Source: a bacterium | Lineage (GTDB): Bacteria; Zixibacteria; MSB-5A5; GN15; FEB-12 | NCBI GenBank assembly: GCA_043811375.1 | Contig: JBDRNJ010000057.1 | Location: 1-64,000 of the forward strand | Direction of reading: 5' to 3' | Length of the DNA stretch: 64,000 nt | Shown here: positions 52,807 through 63,700 of the stretch, piece after piece | Layout: each line of letters starts with the position of its first letter | Position numbering within the stretch: position 1 is the stretch's first letter | Notes under the pieces: model-generated | Database searches by the model: none | What the model was told of the DNA's origin: nothing | The model's input: the letters and a program-made list of their open reading frames with translations, nothing else | Made by a program: the position numbers and the translations under genes

Positions 52807-53298
52807 ATGGATAACCTGAACAAGATTCGCGAACTCATCGATCAGATCGATGATGCCAAGCTGGTCGATCTCATCTCTTCCCAGCGGAAACGACTTCAGC
52901 TGGCCAGGCAGGAGGTGAAGGAGGCCAAGGCGGAACTGGACTTTCTGGAGCAAGTGTTCCAGTTCAGACATGCCCGCCGGGCCGGAGACCCCATCGTGAG
53001 AATCACTGATCCCAAGGATCCTTTGCAGAAGATCGAGGCTACCGAGTTCAAGCGTGACAACATGGTCACGGCCGTCGAGAGAATCCTGACTAAGGGAAAC
53101 CGCACTCTAACTGTGGACGAGATCGTGCACTGCCTGAGATTGGGCGGTTTCCCCTTCCGGGTCAAGGATCCCGCCACTTCTGTGGAAGTCGTCCTCAATC
53201 GCAATAAGGACAAATTCTTCCGAGAAGAGCCACATGTTTTCAGGCTCAGGGATGATGGTAAGAGGGGCGAATCCACACCGGCGTCCCCTGATGAGTAG
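52807..53298 (+). CDS. Coiled-coil + winged-helix DNA-binding protein
   Basis: ATG after GGAG; heptad region, then AVERIL...LTVDEIV..L...SV...L...F wHTH pattern. Confidence 0.65.
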   Translation: MDNLNKIRELIDQIDDAKLVDLISSQRKRLQLARQEVKEAKAELDFLEQVFQFRHARRAGDPIVRITDPKDPLQKIEATEFKRDNMVTAVERILTKGNRTLTVDEIVHCLRLGGFPFRVKDPATSVEVVLNRNKDKFFREEPHVFRLRDDGKRGESTPASPDE

Positions 53299-53351
53299 GG
53301 GAGCAGGCATGTGGCAGACAGTGACATTGAAAACCAAGGAAGGATTTAACA

Positions 53352-54686
53352 ATGAAAAACAGTGCAAATGACGGCGCGGCATCAGGGCGGGGCCGAAACC
53401 GCCCCAAGAAAGGTGGCCAGGAACCCGACCGAGCCCAGAACCCTGGTCTTTTCAAGGTCGAGCTGATACCGATCCAGCAACTCCGCCCTAATCCAACTAA
53501 TCCGCGGCACAATGATCACGCCGTAGATGCCGTGGCCAGATCCATTCAGGCGTTCGGGTGGAACTGTCCCATCATTACGGATGCCGATTTGAATATCGCG
53601 GCTGGCCACACCCGGCTCAAGGCGGCCAAAAAACTCGGTTTCACAAAAGTCCCCGTGATTCGGGTGCCGGGGCTGGTCGGAGCGAAGCTGATCGGCTATG
53701 GCATCGCCGAAAACAAGGTCGCGGAAATAGCAGACTGGGACGAGGAGTCTCTCCAGCAGCTAATTGCTGAACTCAATGAGGACGTAGATTTTGACCTGAA
53801 CGCCCTTGGTTATGATGATAACGAACTGACTAGGCTGCTGGACCAGGGATTCCCGGGCAGTTTAGAGAAGGAGGATGAAGCACCTCCTTTACCGGAGCAA
53901 CCCATCACCAAAACCGGTGACCTCTGGCTGCTGGGACAACATCGATTGCTCTGCCGCGATGCTACGAAGATTGAGGATGTCCGGCAGTTAACAGATGGAC
54001 AGCGCGTTGACTGCCTTCTGACCGATCCGCCATATGGTGTCAATTACAGCAGCCGAGGCCGAAAGAAACAAGCCTGGGGCGGAATCCAAAACGATAACTT
54101 GGATCCGGACCATCTGGAGAAATTCCTGGTGACAGCCTTCAAAAACGCGGCTGCAGTAAGCCGGCCGGGTGCGACTGGTTATGTTTTTCACGGAATAAGT
54201 AAGGCCGGCATTCGGATAGCCTTCGAGCGGGCCTTCCTCGGTGCCGGGTTTCAACTGGGATCGACGATCATCTGGGTGAAGCCGTCAGCGTCCATGGGCT
54301 GGGGAGACTACCGTGAGCAGCACGAACCGATTCTATATGGCTGGCTGGGCAAAGATCATCGGAGGATCAAGGACCGTACCCAGACCACCGTTTGGCAAAT
54401 CGGTCGGGATGGAGATTACCGTCATCCAACTCAGAAACCGGTGGCGCTAATATCTCGAGCTTTGAGAAACTCCACCATCCGTGGAGAAGTAGTACTTGAC
54501 CCTTTTGTAGGCTCGGGCACCACCATCATAGCCTGCGAGCAGCTAGGCCGCCGCTGTTTTGCCATGGAGGTTGACCCTCGGTATTGCGATGTCGCGGTTC
54601 AACGGTGGGAATGTTGTATGGGGAGGAAGGCTAACATGATTAGCCCCAGCACAAAATCAGACACGGAGAACGGTAATCATGAATAA
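53352..54686 (+). CDS. ParB/Srx N-terminal domain + N6/N4 DNA methyltransferase
   Basis: NPR...AGHTRLKAA; TDPPYG; HPTQKP; DPFVGSGTT. Confidence 0.92.
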   Translation: MKNSANDGAASGRGRNRPKKGGQEPDRAQNPGLFKVELIPIQQLRPNPTNPRHNDHAVDAVARSIQAFGWNCPIITDADLNIAAGHTRLKAAKKLGFTKVPVIRVPGLVGAKLIGYGIAENKVAEIADWDEESLQQLIAELNEDVDFDLNALGYDDNELTRLLDQGFPGSLEKEDEAPPLPEQPITKTGDLWLLGQHRLLCRDATKIEDVRQLTDGQRVDCLLTDPPYGVNYSSRGRKKQAWGGIQNDNLDPDHLEKFLVTAFKNAAAVSRPGATGYVFHGISKAGIRIAFERAFLGAGFQLGSTIIWVKPSASMGWGDYREQHEPILYGWLGKDHRRIKDRTQTTVWQIGRDGDYRHPTQKPVALISRALRNSTIRGEVVLDPFVGSGTTIIACEQLGRRCFAMEVDPRYCDVAVQRWECCMGRKANMISPSTKSDTENGNHE

Positions 54687-55104
54687 TCAGAATCGTTATG
54701 TGAATGAAACTGAACAGCAGAAGCAGGCCTTTGAACTCTACTACCGCCTGGGCCTGAAGCGGAAATATGCCACGGTAGGGGAGAAGTTCGGCAAATCGAT
54801 CAGCACCATCAAGAACTGGTCGCGTGCCTTTAACTGGCGGCAAAGGATCGAAGAGCGCGAAGCCGAACGGATGCGAGTGGTGGGGGAATCGCCCGGCTCG
54901 GATAAGCTCCAGCTTGCGAAACGGTTGCTGGCCTTCGTACAGGGGGCCCAAGGCAGCACAATGAGGGATCTGGCTGAGGGTAAGACTAAGCCTGCCGGCA
55001 GCATGTTCTGTGATGCCCTGGAGGAGAGGATAGCTCTCGAGCCGGGTTTTGATGAAAACAATCCTCTGCCTGTCTTCCCGATCATATACGACCCTGGCAA
55101 GTAA
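54679..55104 (+). CDS. HTH protein, terminase-small-subunit-like
   Basis: AFELYY..G.KR...VG...STIKNWSRAFNW; paralog of the next gene. Confidence 0.6.
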   Translation: MNNQNRYVNETEQQKQAFELYYRLGLKRKYATVGEKFGKSISTIKNWSRAFNWRQRIEEREAERMRVVGESPGSDKLQLAKRLLAFVQGAQGSTMRDLAEGKTKPAGSMFCDALEERIALEPGFDENNPLPVFPIIYDPGK

Positions 55105-55197
55105 GCGAGTCATCCAATTATATTGCGCCGCTGGCCACTGGATCATCGTTGCGCGGCGCACGGCATGTGAACAACAGCGTAGCTGGCGGGAAAACCA

Positions 55198-55830
55198 ATG
55201 AATGACAACCGACCGACAGATGACTTCGGCCTCGCTGAAGGAGAGTCGAGTAGACGGGGCAGACAGCCAACCGGCAGGGTCGAGCTCAGTCACCATAAGC
55301 GAGCCTTTCAGTTCTACTGTGGCATGGGATCAAGACGGTCCTATCGAGCTGTGGCCCACAAGCTTGCAGTGTCGCACAGCACTATCAAGAACTGGTCGCG
55401 GTGGTTCCGATGGCGAGACCGCCTCCAGGAATGGGAAGCCGTGCAGACCCGGCAGATGATAGAGCAGACTGATCAACATGCACAGGACAGCCTCGATGCT
55501 AAACGAAAACTCCTCGATAGGCGGCTGGCCTGGCTGGTCAAGTGCCTGACGGAGGGCAAAATCCGCTTCTCAGCTAGCAATTTGAGGCGACTGCAATCCC
55601 TTGCGAAGCAACTGCAGCCATTGGTTGACCACTTAGAGAATCCGAGTCTACACGGGACAGTTATCACGTTCGCCTTAATTCCTGACAACAAGCGCGACCC
55701 AAGTATAACGCCCATACCGGAATCGCAACTCGATGACTTTAAAGCCAGTGTCCTGAGAGATCCCACGCTTTATTATGATTACAATGCCAAAAAGTGGAAA
55801 ACAACGTGGAGAAGAAAGCGAGAAGAGTAA
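55198..55830 (+). CDS. HTH protein, terminase-small-subunit-like (paralog)
   Basis: AFQFYC.MG.RRSY..VA...STIKNWSRWFRW. Confidence 0.6.
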   Translation: MNDNRPTDDFGLAEGESSRRGRQPTGRVELSHHKRAFQFYCGMGSRRSYRAVAHKLAVSHSTIKNWSRWFRWRDRLQEWEAVQTRQMIEQTDQHAQDSLDAKRKLLDRRLAWLVKCLTEGKIRFSASNLRRLQSLAKQLQPLVDHLENPSLHGTVITFALIPDNKRDPSITPIPESQLDDFKASVLRDPTLYYDYNAKKWKTTWRRKREE

Positions 55831-55841
55831 GCCGCCCGGCT

Positions 55842-56203
55842 TCACCGCCGTTTACGCTTTTCAGCCAGCGCGTTCTCATACAAGTGCAACGTCCTCAGGG
55901 TATCGTCAATGAAGTAGTGCTGCTGGCCGCGAAACTGTGAAGCGATTTCGGACATTAGATCCGGAAACCTCCAGATAACAATGCCGGCTTCCTTAGCCTC
56001 TTTGAACACGCCATCTTCATATCCCCATGTCACTATGACCTTCTGGTAGTTCTTTCCCTTAAAGCCGTACTCCGCGAGTGTCAGGAGGACCTCGGGAGCA
56101 CCGAACTTCCGGTCGGCAAAATAGCCCAGCGTATGTTGGGAATAGTCGCCCATTTCCTGACATATCGAACGTAGGCTTCAACTATCTTTTCGGTGGTTTC
56201 CAT
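55842..56203 (-). pseudogene. Frameshifted, probably internally deleted, restriction-endonuclease-like gene
   Basis: AGGAG + ATG 56203 gives METTEKIVEAYVRYVRKWATIPNIR. The coherent C-terminus (TLGYF...YQKVIVTW...GIVIWRF) is in another frame. Confidence 0.55.
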
Positions 56204-56338
56204 ATAATCCGTTTCTCCTGTCGTATCAGATCTATGATATGCCGTATCCCGTGATCCTGGTCGTTAGCTATTATAGCGTCCTTAGTAGAGCTTCGTAAGG
56301 GGTTTTTCCATGTTCCGATTGTCGGCGTCTCGGCTGAC

Positions 56339-56428
56339 CTTGAGCCCTTCCAGCACAATGCGAATCTTCTCGGAAGAGTATTCCCGCCTTGTGTGCCGAC
56401 GAATCTCCTTGACCACTGACTCCGCTTT
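56339..56428 (-). mobile_element. IS3-family transposase OrfA fragment
   Basis: Translates to KAESVVKEIRRHTRREYSSEKIRIVLEGLK, resembling the IS3 OrfA N-terminus; truncated. Confidence 0.7.
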
Positions 56429-56677
56429 ATGTATTTCTACATATATAGAGGCAAAACTAAAACGAAATAGTCGCTGTTGACTTTGGCAGGGGCGTATACG
56501 CTATCTGCTGTCCTGTGAATCTCTTCTTCTTCGCTGCGCTGTCCTCCTTCCAGGAACTGCCTACAGTGAGATCCTTAAGCTCATATCGGTCGAGTTTTCT
56601 GGAAAGTAGTCTCCAGTTTCAGAGTATATACGTGTCGTCACAAAACCTACAGCAGCGATGCCCTCTCTCCGTCCTCT

Positions 56678-59600
56678 CTATTTTGCCGGGAATTCACCCG
56701 ACTTATCGAGATTCCACGCGTCATTCCCTGAACTAACAGGAAAGGCCGAACCGTTCACTTTAAGAAAGCCTACGTCATAGTCAACGACAGATGTCCCATC
56801 CATCTCATTGCTTTCATGTATCCACAGCTCGAGGATTTCAGCTATCGTAGGTGCAACATCAATGATGCGCACGTTGTCCACAACGTAGTGGCTCTTGAGT
56901 AGGTGGCTGAACAGCACAAAAGTGTTGCGTGTCGTATAGAGAAATCCGTGGTGGCCAGCTTGCGGGTGAGCTTGGTTAAAGGGCTGCGGCAAATTGATCT
57001 CGGGAAGTTCAAAGAATGGTATATAGTCGACCCATTCTGGAAAGTAGTCACCGACATCGATTGGATAGGAATCCGGCTTTGGGGGACTTCCGAATTTCTC
57101 TTTGCCGTCTGCGGACGCAACCAGCAGAACGTCGGGAAACGATTCACTGTCTACGGCACCCTTGACGAGCATGCCCAGTCTCTTGTCGGGCACAGCGAGA
57201 GCATCCTGTACGACCGCATTGCCCCATTTGTCCAGCGTAATCAGTGAGACATTGGTTGTTTTCACCCATTTGTCCTGAACTGTGACCCACTCACGACGCA
57301 ATGCGAAGAGAATTCTGCCCTCGGCATACTCCATCAGACGCTCGACTGTTTCCTGTGAATACCACCCGTACAGGCACGCCGTCCCGCCGTCACGCTCCTG
57401 TCTGTAGTACGGCGAGCCTGTGAATCTCTCGAATTCAGCTCGTACTTGCGTCGGACTAGCTTCACTTACGTCTAACCCGAAATGCTGAGAGGGAAACCAC
57501 ACTTTGAATTGGTCGATTTTGTCTTGCCCCCCCAGGTACTGGCCCAAGTCCTCGAGCATCCTGTCGGGCCAGCCGGCCCATTCCCAAATGTAGTCCCACT
57601 CTATATAGTTGCCGTCGGAGTAGGCTGCGGCATTACTGCCGGGATCAATCTCTGTCAGAGAGTGGTCGGATACAACCAGGACGTTCAATCGTCTCCGGAC
57701 GGATTCTGGGATCGCAAGGTATAGATCGTGAAGATCAGAGTCTATCTTGTTCAGGATGTCCCAGGGATTTACGTAGTTCCCGTGTTCACCGGAGGGGCCG
57801 CCGAGATGTGCTGCTGCGTCGATGGCAGAACAGTAGATTGTCATCAGGTTTGGAAGGCCTACCCCCTCTTTCCTCCATTCCCATATATCGGATTTGGCAT
57901 TACTGAACGCCACTTCATCTAAGTGTTTGTAGTAGACAGCGGGGTTGTTGTTTCCGCCCACCAGCCTATAAGCGTAGTCGTCGATAGCCGGGACCGTCCA
58001 TCCGTCGTACAGATCGTTGCTTGACCAGAATTCCTCGGGGTAGTCCGGTCCGGGGTGTCTTGCTCCGATACTGAAAAAGTGATTGTAGACATGGCTGCTC
58101 TTACGGTTGTTCAGAACGTGTTGGTAGATCGTCTTGACATCTCTCTTATGAAGGTAGTGGTCCAGCGTACCGCTACCGGAACATATGTGTTGAGTGCCAT
58201 TGATTGCACCGAACCACGGCGCTCCGTCGTCAAAGTGATCCCAGAATCCCATGATACCCAGCATTATTGCGGGATCGGCCCAATTGCGCGCTACCAGACC
58301 CGTATTATCTCCCACCTTAGGCCATTCATAGTACCGGGTCGAGATGATTCCGGTACGATCCTGCCACATGCCAGTGACGAGACTGGCCATGTTGGAAATT
58401 GTGTGGGAGGGGAAGACTCCCTGAGAGTTTCTTGCAACGATACGACCTCGTCCCTCGGACACGAGCCAGAAGCCACTTTTGTTGTTGTTCTGGTGTTTAT
58501 CCAGATACTCCATGAAGTGGTCGGGATGCAGGCCGTCTATTATCAGCAATAAGAGGTATTCCTGGTGGCACACCCGTACCTCCAGTGCTTCCGCACCGAG
58601 ACACCCGTTCAGGGATTGAGCGATGGTCAGAACGTCACCATTATTCAAGGACCGGATCAACCCCACTTCTGGAGGCCAATAGGCACCAAGCAGTTCGCCA
58701 CCCTCGTCGCGGACTATGATCCTTGCACCGGGAACTGACTTTGTGATGAAGATACGGTAGTCGCCCGGTTCGGGAAGCATGATCTCAGGCGCCTTCATCT
58801 CCGAGCAATCCAGGGTCGTGAAGGTCAATGGGGGACCAGTGCTCCCGGGGCACAGCATCTGGTCAAGCTCGTAACTGCCTGTGACAAGGTCTGTGTTAGG
58901 GAACGTAAACCATGATTCGGTGGTTGACATTTGTGCCTTACTCACGAATTCGAGCTGTCCCGTCCCCGGATCGGCTCTCTTCAACGTGACCACTGCGCCG
59001 GGAACGAGACCAGATAGTCTTACCGCCGCCTGGCCCTCGTACACCTCTTCGTGTTCGAGAACTGGTTCCGGCAACTTGGGATACGGGTATGGCACTATGT
59101 CGGCCCACTCCGTCTCCGGACCAGGGTCGCCGCATATCGTCGTGCGCACCTGAGAGCGCATCCCGAGTTGGTAGGACCAATACACCTCATCGAACGGCGT
59201 CGACCAGGATTCGTTCCAATAGTGGACGTCCTGCTGGATAGTCTGCCTGTTTTCCTCGAAGTCCCCGTAATCGTCATGGGTCGCTTTCAGCCACCACTCG
59301 CGATCCGCATTGGGTGAACAGTTCTTGATTCTTGCAGCTTGACCGCATTCATAGAGTGGGTACTCGAACCTGGGCGTTGGGCGACCGTTTGGGTAGACTT
59401 CGGAAGTTGTGTTAACCTTCCCCCAATTCGACGTGAAGTTACCCGATTCAATCTGTACTTCCGCTCGAATCCACTGGCCCGGCACCAGCGGAGGAACCTC
59501 CAACCGGTGAAAACGCTGATACTGTACATCCGGTAGGGAGGACAAAATATCAAAAGCTGAACCATCTGGAGGTGGACTCTCACTGGTGGAAGAACTGCGC

Positions 59601-59911
59601 TGTACGAATACATCGGCACCAGGGATGGCACCTGAGACCAACACGTACCTCTGGCACTCCATCAAAGGTCCTATACGCACCGACGGTTCTGATGTGAACG
59701 TCAAATCGTCCCGGAAGTCGTCGGGAAGTGGAATGGTGCGGATGAATTCCCCTTCAGGTTCACTGTTGGATGGGTCTTGTCCGTAGCAATCAAACCATGG
59801 AAAGGCGGCGGCCACAATGGCAACTGCCAGCAGAAGCCCTCGGCCTCGCAGGCGGATTGCGGACACTTGAATAGGATCAGACAGACACTTGGAATGCACT
59901 TGGGATATCAT
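56678..59911 (-). CDS. Large secreted protein: repeated Ig-like modules + alkaline-phosphatase-superfamily (NPP/phosphodiesterase) domain
   Basis: GGAGGAGG RBS, signal peptide; about four V.G..PGA.V repeats; IDGL, FPSHT nucleophile, DAAAH, SDH and GHHG metal ligands. Confidence 0.82.
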   Translation of the reverse strand: MISQVHSKCLSDPIQVSAIRLRGRGLLLAVAIVAAAFPWFDCYGQDPSNSEPEGEFIRTIPLPDDFRDDLTFTSEPSVRIGPLMECQRYVLVSGAIPGADVFVQRSSSTSESPPPDGSAFDILSSLPDVQYQRFHRLEVPPLVPGQWIRAEVQIESGNFTSNWGKVNTTSEVYPNGRPTPRFEYPLYECGQAARIKNCSPNADREWWLKATHDDYGDFEENRQTIQQDVHYWNESWSTPFDEVYWSYQLGMRSQVRTTICGDPGPETEWADIVPYPYPKLPEPVLEHEEVYEGQAAVRLSGLVPGAVVTLKRADPGTGQLEFVSKAQMSTTESWFTFPNTDLVTGSYELDQMLCPGSTGPPLTFTTLDCSEMKAPEIMLPEPGDYRIFITKSVPGARIIVRDEGGELLGAYWPPEVGLIRSLNNGDVLTIAQSLNGCLGAEALEVRVCHQEYLLLLIIDGLHPDHFMEYLDKHQNNNKSGFWLVSEGRGRIVARNSQGVFPSHTISNMASLVTGMWQDRTGIISTRYYEWPKVGDNTGLVARNWADPAIMLGIMGFWDHFDDGAPWFGAINGTQHICSGSGTLDHYLHKRDVKTIYQHVLNNRKSSHVYNHFFSIGARHPGPDYPEEFWSSNDLYDGWTVPAIDDYAYRLVGGNNNPAVYYKHLDEVAFSNAKSDIWEWRKEGVGLPNLMTIYCSAIDAAAHLGGPSGEHGNYVNPWDILNKIDSDLHDLYLAIPESVRRRLNVLVVSDHSLTEIDPGSNAAAYSDGNYIEWDYIWEWAGWPDRMLEDLGQYLGGQDKIDQFKVWFPSQHFGLDVSEASPTQVRAEFERFTGSPYYRQERDGGTACLYGWYSQETVERLMEYAEGRILFALRREWVTVQDKWVKTTNVSLITLDKWGNAVVQDALAVPDKRLGMLVKGAVDSESFPDVLLVASADGKEKFGSPPKPDSYPIDVGDYFPEWVDYIPFFELPEINLPQPFNQAHPQAGHHGFLYTTRNTFVLFSHLLKSHYVVDNVRIIDVAPTIAEILELWIHESNEMDGTSVVDYDVGFLKVNGSAFPVSSGNDAWNLDKSGEFPAK

Positions 59912-60138
59912 CTCTTCCTCCTCCAATTTGAGAGTACAATCTCTTAGGCTGAAATGACCTCATTGTACGTCTTCAAACAATCCGGACAATTGTAGCTAGA
60001 ATCTAAGACACAGTTTGTCTGATGGCAAGGGCCTTTTTGTAGTCTCGTTTCCTCATTTTCATAGTTCATACTTTGATTCGATTTCTTTCTTGAAGTATCC
60101 GCGCAGCAGTTGACCAATGTGGTAGATTGGTGTAGACA

Positions 60139-60161
60139 TCACTGACAGTTTCTGTCAGTGA
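60139..60161. repeat. Inverted repeat TCACTGACAG-TTT-CTGTCAGTGA between divergent genes
   Basis: Seen directly. Confidence 0.6.
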
Positions 60162-60773
60162 CGCGCATATCTGATCTTGTTGACGCCACTGTCCCATAAT
60201 GGCTTTTTCTCTTCCAGTATCAGGGTGAGGGTCTCAGTGAACATCGGAGGGCAAGTACCCGTTCGCCCCATGCATATTGTGGCGATGAGTCAAGTCTAAC
60301 GCCCCCGCCAAGGGAAATCGAGCCGAAATATTGGGCCGGATCTATCTGAAATCACGACTACATAGATGCCCTTTGTTAGGGAAGATACGGCAGCGGGTGA
60401 CAACGGAGAGGAGATCTGATTCCATTCGTATCTGATGTCGGCGATTACTTTTGCAGTATTCGGGAATATCGTGATCCAGATTGTGCTTGACACACGCCGG
60501 GCAATGAAGTAGACTCCCTTAACTGTCATCATTGCACGACTTCTAGCAGGAAACACATGCAACCGGGGACCGAAGCAATCGCATAGTTGTGGGCGCGCGG
60601 TGCCTACGAGGAGTGGGAAAGGCTGCTATCCAAAACGATGCCAGGTCGCCTCAGACCTTGCATGGGGCAAGGCATGGCGCGCAGAGTGTACTCTATTTGA
60701 GGAGGGACTATTGTGGAGTCAGGATTATTCAGGGATAACCCTATTTTGACAGATCAATCTGCAGGGAGAACGT

Positions 60774-63700
60774 ATGGTGTGTAGTCTACCAAAGTTCGCA
60801 AATAGGTGTTCGATAGTGCCTATATGTACGGTGCTTCTGTTCCTTATTCTCTCGATATCTATAGCCTTCGCTGTTACTTCCGGGCCGGATGATCCGAACA
60901 TACAATCGATATCTGCTGTGGATGTCGACCAGTATGTGGACCTGTACACTGGTGATCTGAACTACAAAATCCCTCTGTTTGATTTGCAGGGCCCAAATGG
61001 AAATTACCCCTTTGTGCTTACGTACAGTTCAAACATAACCATGGACCAGGAAGCTAGTTGGGTGGGTCTCGGCTGGAGCCTTAGTGCAGGTGCTATCAGC
61101 CGACAGATGCGTGGGCTTGCTGATGACTGGAATGGGGCACGAGTTAGGAAAGTGCGCGACGTCAAGCCCAACTACACGTGGGGCGTATCAGCGGGGGGGA
61201 GTCTAGAGTTAATCGGTGCGGACAACAAGAAAGGAGGCAAACTCTCGGGCAGTGCCGGCATCACGGCTTACTACAACAACTACAAGGGTTGGGGGCAGAG
61301 CAGGGACATTGGATTCGGTTACAAAAATGTGGGAGGAACCTCGCTCACTGCGGGATTGGGGCTGAAGCTGGACACACAGGGCGGCTTGACTCTAAGCCCA
61401 TCGTTGGGACTCGGCTGGTCACTGGAGCGCAAGGAATCTGAGTTCCAGGTCGGTGCAAGTGCCTCAGCTGCCTTCAATTCCCGACAAGGGTTGTCTTCTC
61501 TCTCTCTTGGCTACTCGGGGAAAGTCGTCAAGACAAAGCCAACAGGTGACCAAGGTAAACGCAGTCCAACTGACATTATGGGCCTTGCTGGACAAAGTAC
61601 GCTTTCGTTTGCCCGATCCGCATATGTGCCGTACTACGAAATGCCCATGACTGGATGGAATGTATCGGCGACGTTCAAATTGGGAGGCGAATTTCTCGGT
61701 GTTCACCCTAACCTCTACATCCGAGGATTCTACAACCGCCAGTGGCTGAAAAACCGAGCTAAGGTGACGGCCAAGAGCGCATTTGGCTATCTGCATCTTG
61801 AGGGTTTCGGCACCTCTGAAACCAGTGGCAGAATCATGGATATCAATCGCGAGCACGATGGGATGATACGTAAGGAGTCCCCCAACCTGCCGATACCCTC
61901 TCTCACACACGACATTTACACCGTAACCGGAACAGGAATGAGCGGGGCTTTTCGACCGTACCGCAGAGAGATCGGAGTGGTCTATGACCCGGAAGTGAAG
62001 TCAAGCATAACCGGTGGCGGCCTAGGTGTGGAAATCGGTGGTGGAAATGCGGTTCACGTAGGGATTGACGGAAGCCTGAATCACTCGGTGTCAGAAAGTA
62101 AGCCCTGGCTGGATCCCACACTCAGCGAAATATACAAGTTCAAAGGGGCAATGGGCGAGAGTGCCCAATTCAAACCCTATTACTTCCGATTCCTCGGGGA
62201 GCACACGGCACAGGATACATCCGTTCTATCCCACGTAGGGGGAGAACGCGCGGTTCGTGCCGAGTTGGCCACGAGCGGTCTGAGCGAAATCGTTGATGAA
62301 GCAGTCGACCTTGACTTTGAACTCTTTTCCCCTACTGGACAGCTGACTGACGCTTACGGCATTGCCACACCAGCAGCCCAGACAGAGTCTGACGCAGCTG
62401 AACCGAGGTCACGGCTCATTCAGAGTTTCTCAAATGCGGACCTCATAGATGCTGATGCCTTCACCAACCAGCACCTGCACGTCACATTCTACGACGTCAA
62501 CGAAGACGCGCATGTTCTCGAACGATCTGGGAGAGACCATGATGATATTGCTGCTTTTGTCATTACGGGCACCGACGGTGTGCGTTATATCTATGCACTT
62601 CCGGTGTACAATAATGAACATGTGGAATACGTGTTTAGTGTCGAAGCTACCGGCCACGAATGTGAACCGACCTATCCACTCTCGCAACTCGGCGGATCAC
62701 CTGGCTCCGAGTATTATAAGGTCAGCAACTCGGAGGAGTATTACCGCCGCACAGAACTTCCTCCGTACGTGTACTCCTACCTTCTGACTGCAATAGTCGG
62801 ACCAGACTATGTCGACGCTGATAATATTCCCGGGGCATCGGCAGGCGACTTCGGTCATTGGGTGAAATTCACATACACGAAGTGGGAAGAGGACTACAAA
62901 TGGCGGGCACCGTTTGTGGACGCGAACTTCAATCCGGGGATGCAAACGCCGCGCGATGATAAAGCATCGTTTATGTATGGAAGCCGACAAGTATACTGTC
63001 TTCGAACAGCAGAAACAAAGACCCAGATCGCGCAGTTTTTTGTGAGCGAACGTCGAGACGCCCGAGGTGCGGTCGATTCAATGCAAACTGCTAATAGTAG
63101 CAGTTGTTTAGGGGCATCGTTGTTTCAGCTTGACAAGGTATCCCTCTTTTCGCGAAATAGTCGGCTCATTCACTCAAGTGAAGATGAGGTCAATGAACTA
63201 CCACTGAAAACAGTCCATTTTCGCTATAGAAATGAGTTGTGTCGCGAATTGCCAAATGGTCAGCCGTCGAGTGGATACACCCAGGTGGATGACACAGTCT
63301 CGGGAAAGCTGACTCTCAAGAGGCTCTGGTTCACTCATGAAAGAAGCACGAGGGGGAGCTTATCGCCATATGTCTTTGACTACGATTATGCAGATCCAGA
63401 CAGGAATCCCAGGTACGAAAGTCATCACCAAGATGCATGGGGCAGCTATAAACCATGCCTTGACAACTACAAATGTTGGCAGATGGACGTCGCATCGCCG
63501 CATCAGATTGATGGCTCAGGCAGTTTTGATCTAGGGGCACTAAACGCTCATGCCACGGCGTGGCGTCTTCGTGCGATTCATCTTCCGTCGGGTGGATCGC
63601 TCCATATCGACTACGAGTCGGATACTTACTCTCATGTGCAGAATAAGCCTGCAACGTATATGGCACGGATTATTGACCCTGACGGCAACGGAAAGATCGG

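Noticed and set aside
50345..55830. Intact prophage
   Set aside because: No structural, large terminase or lysis genes are visible.
60560..60655. c-di-GMP riboswitch upstream of the giant ORF
   Set aside because: The conserved GGCAAA/GCAAAG elements and paired stems are absent.
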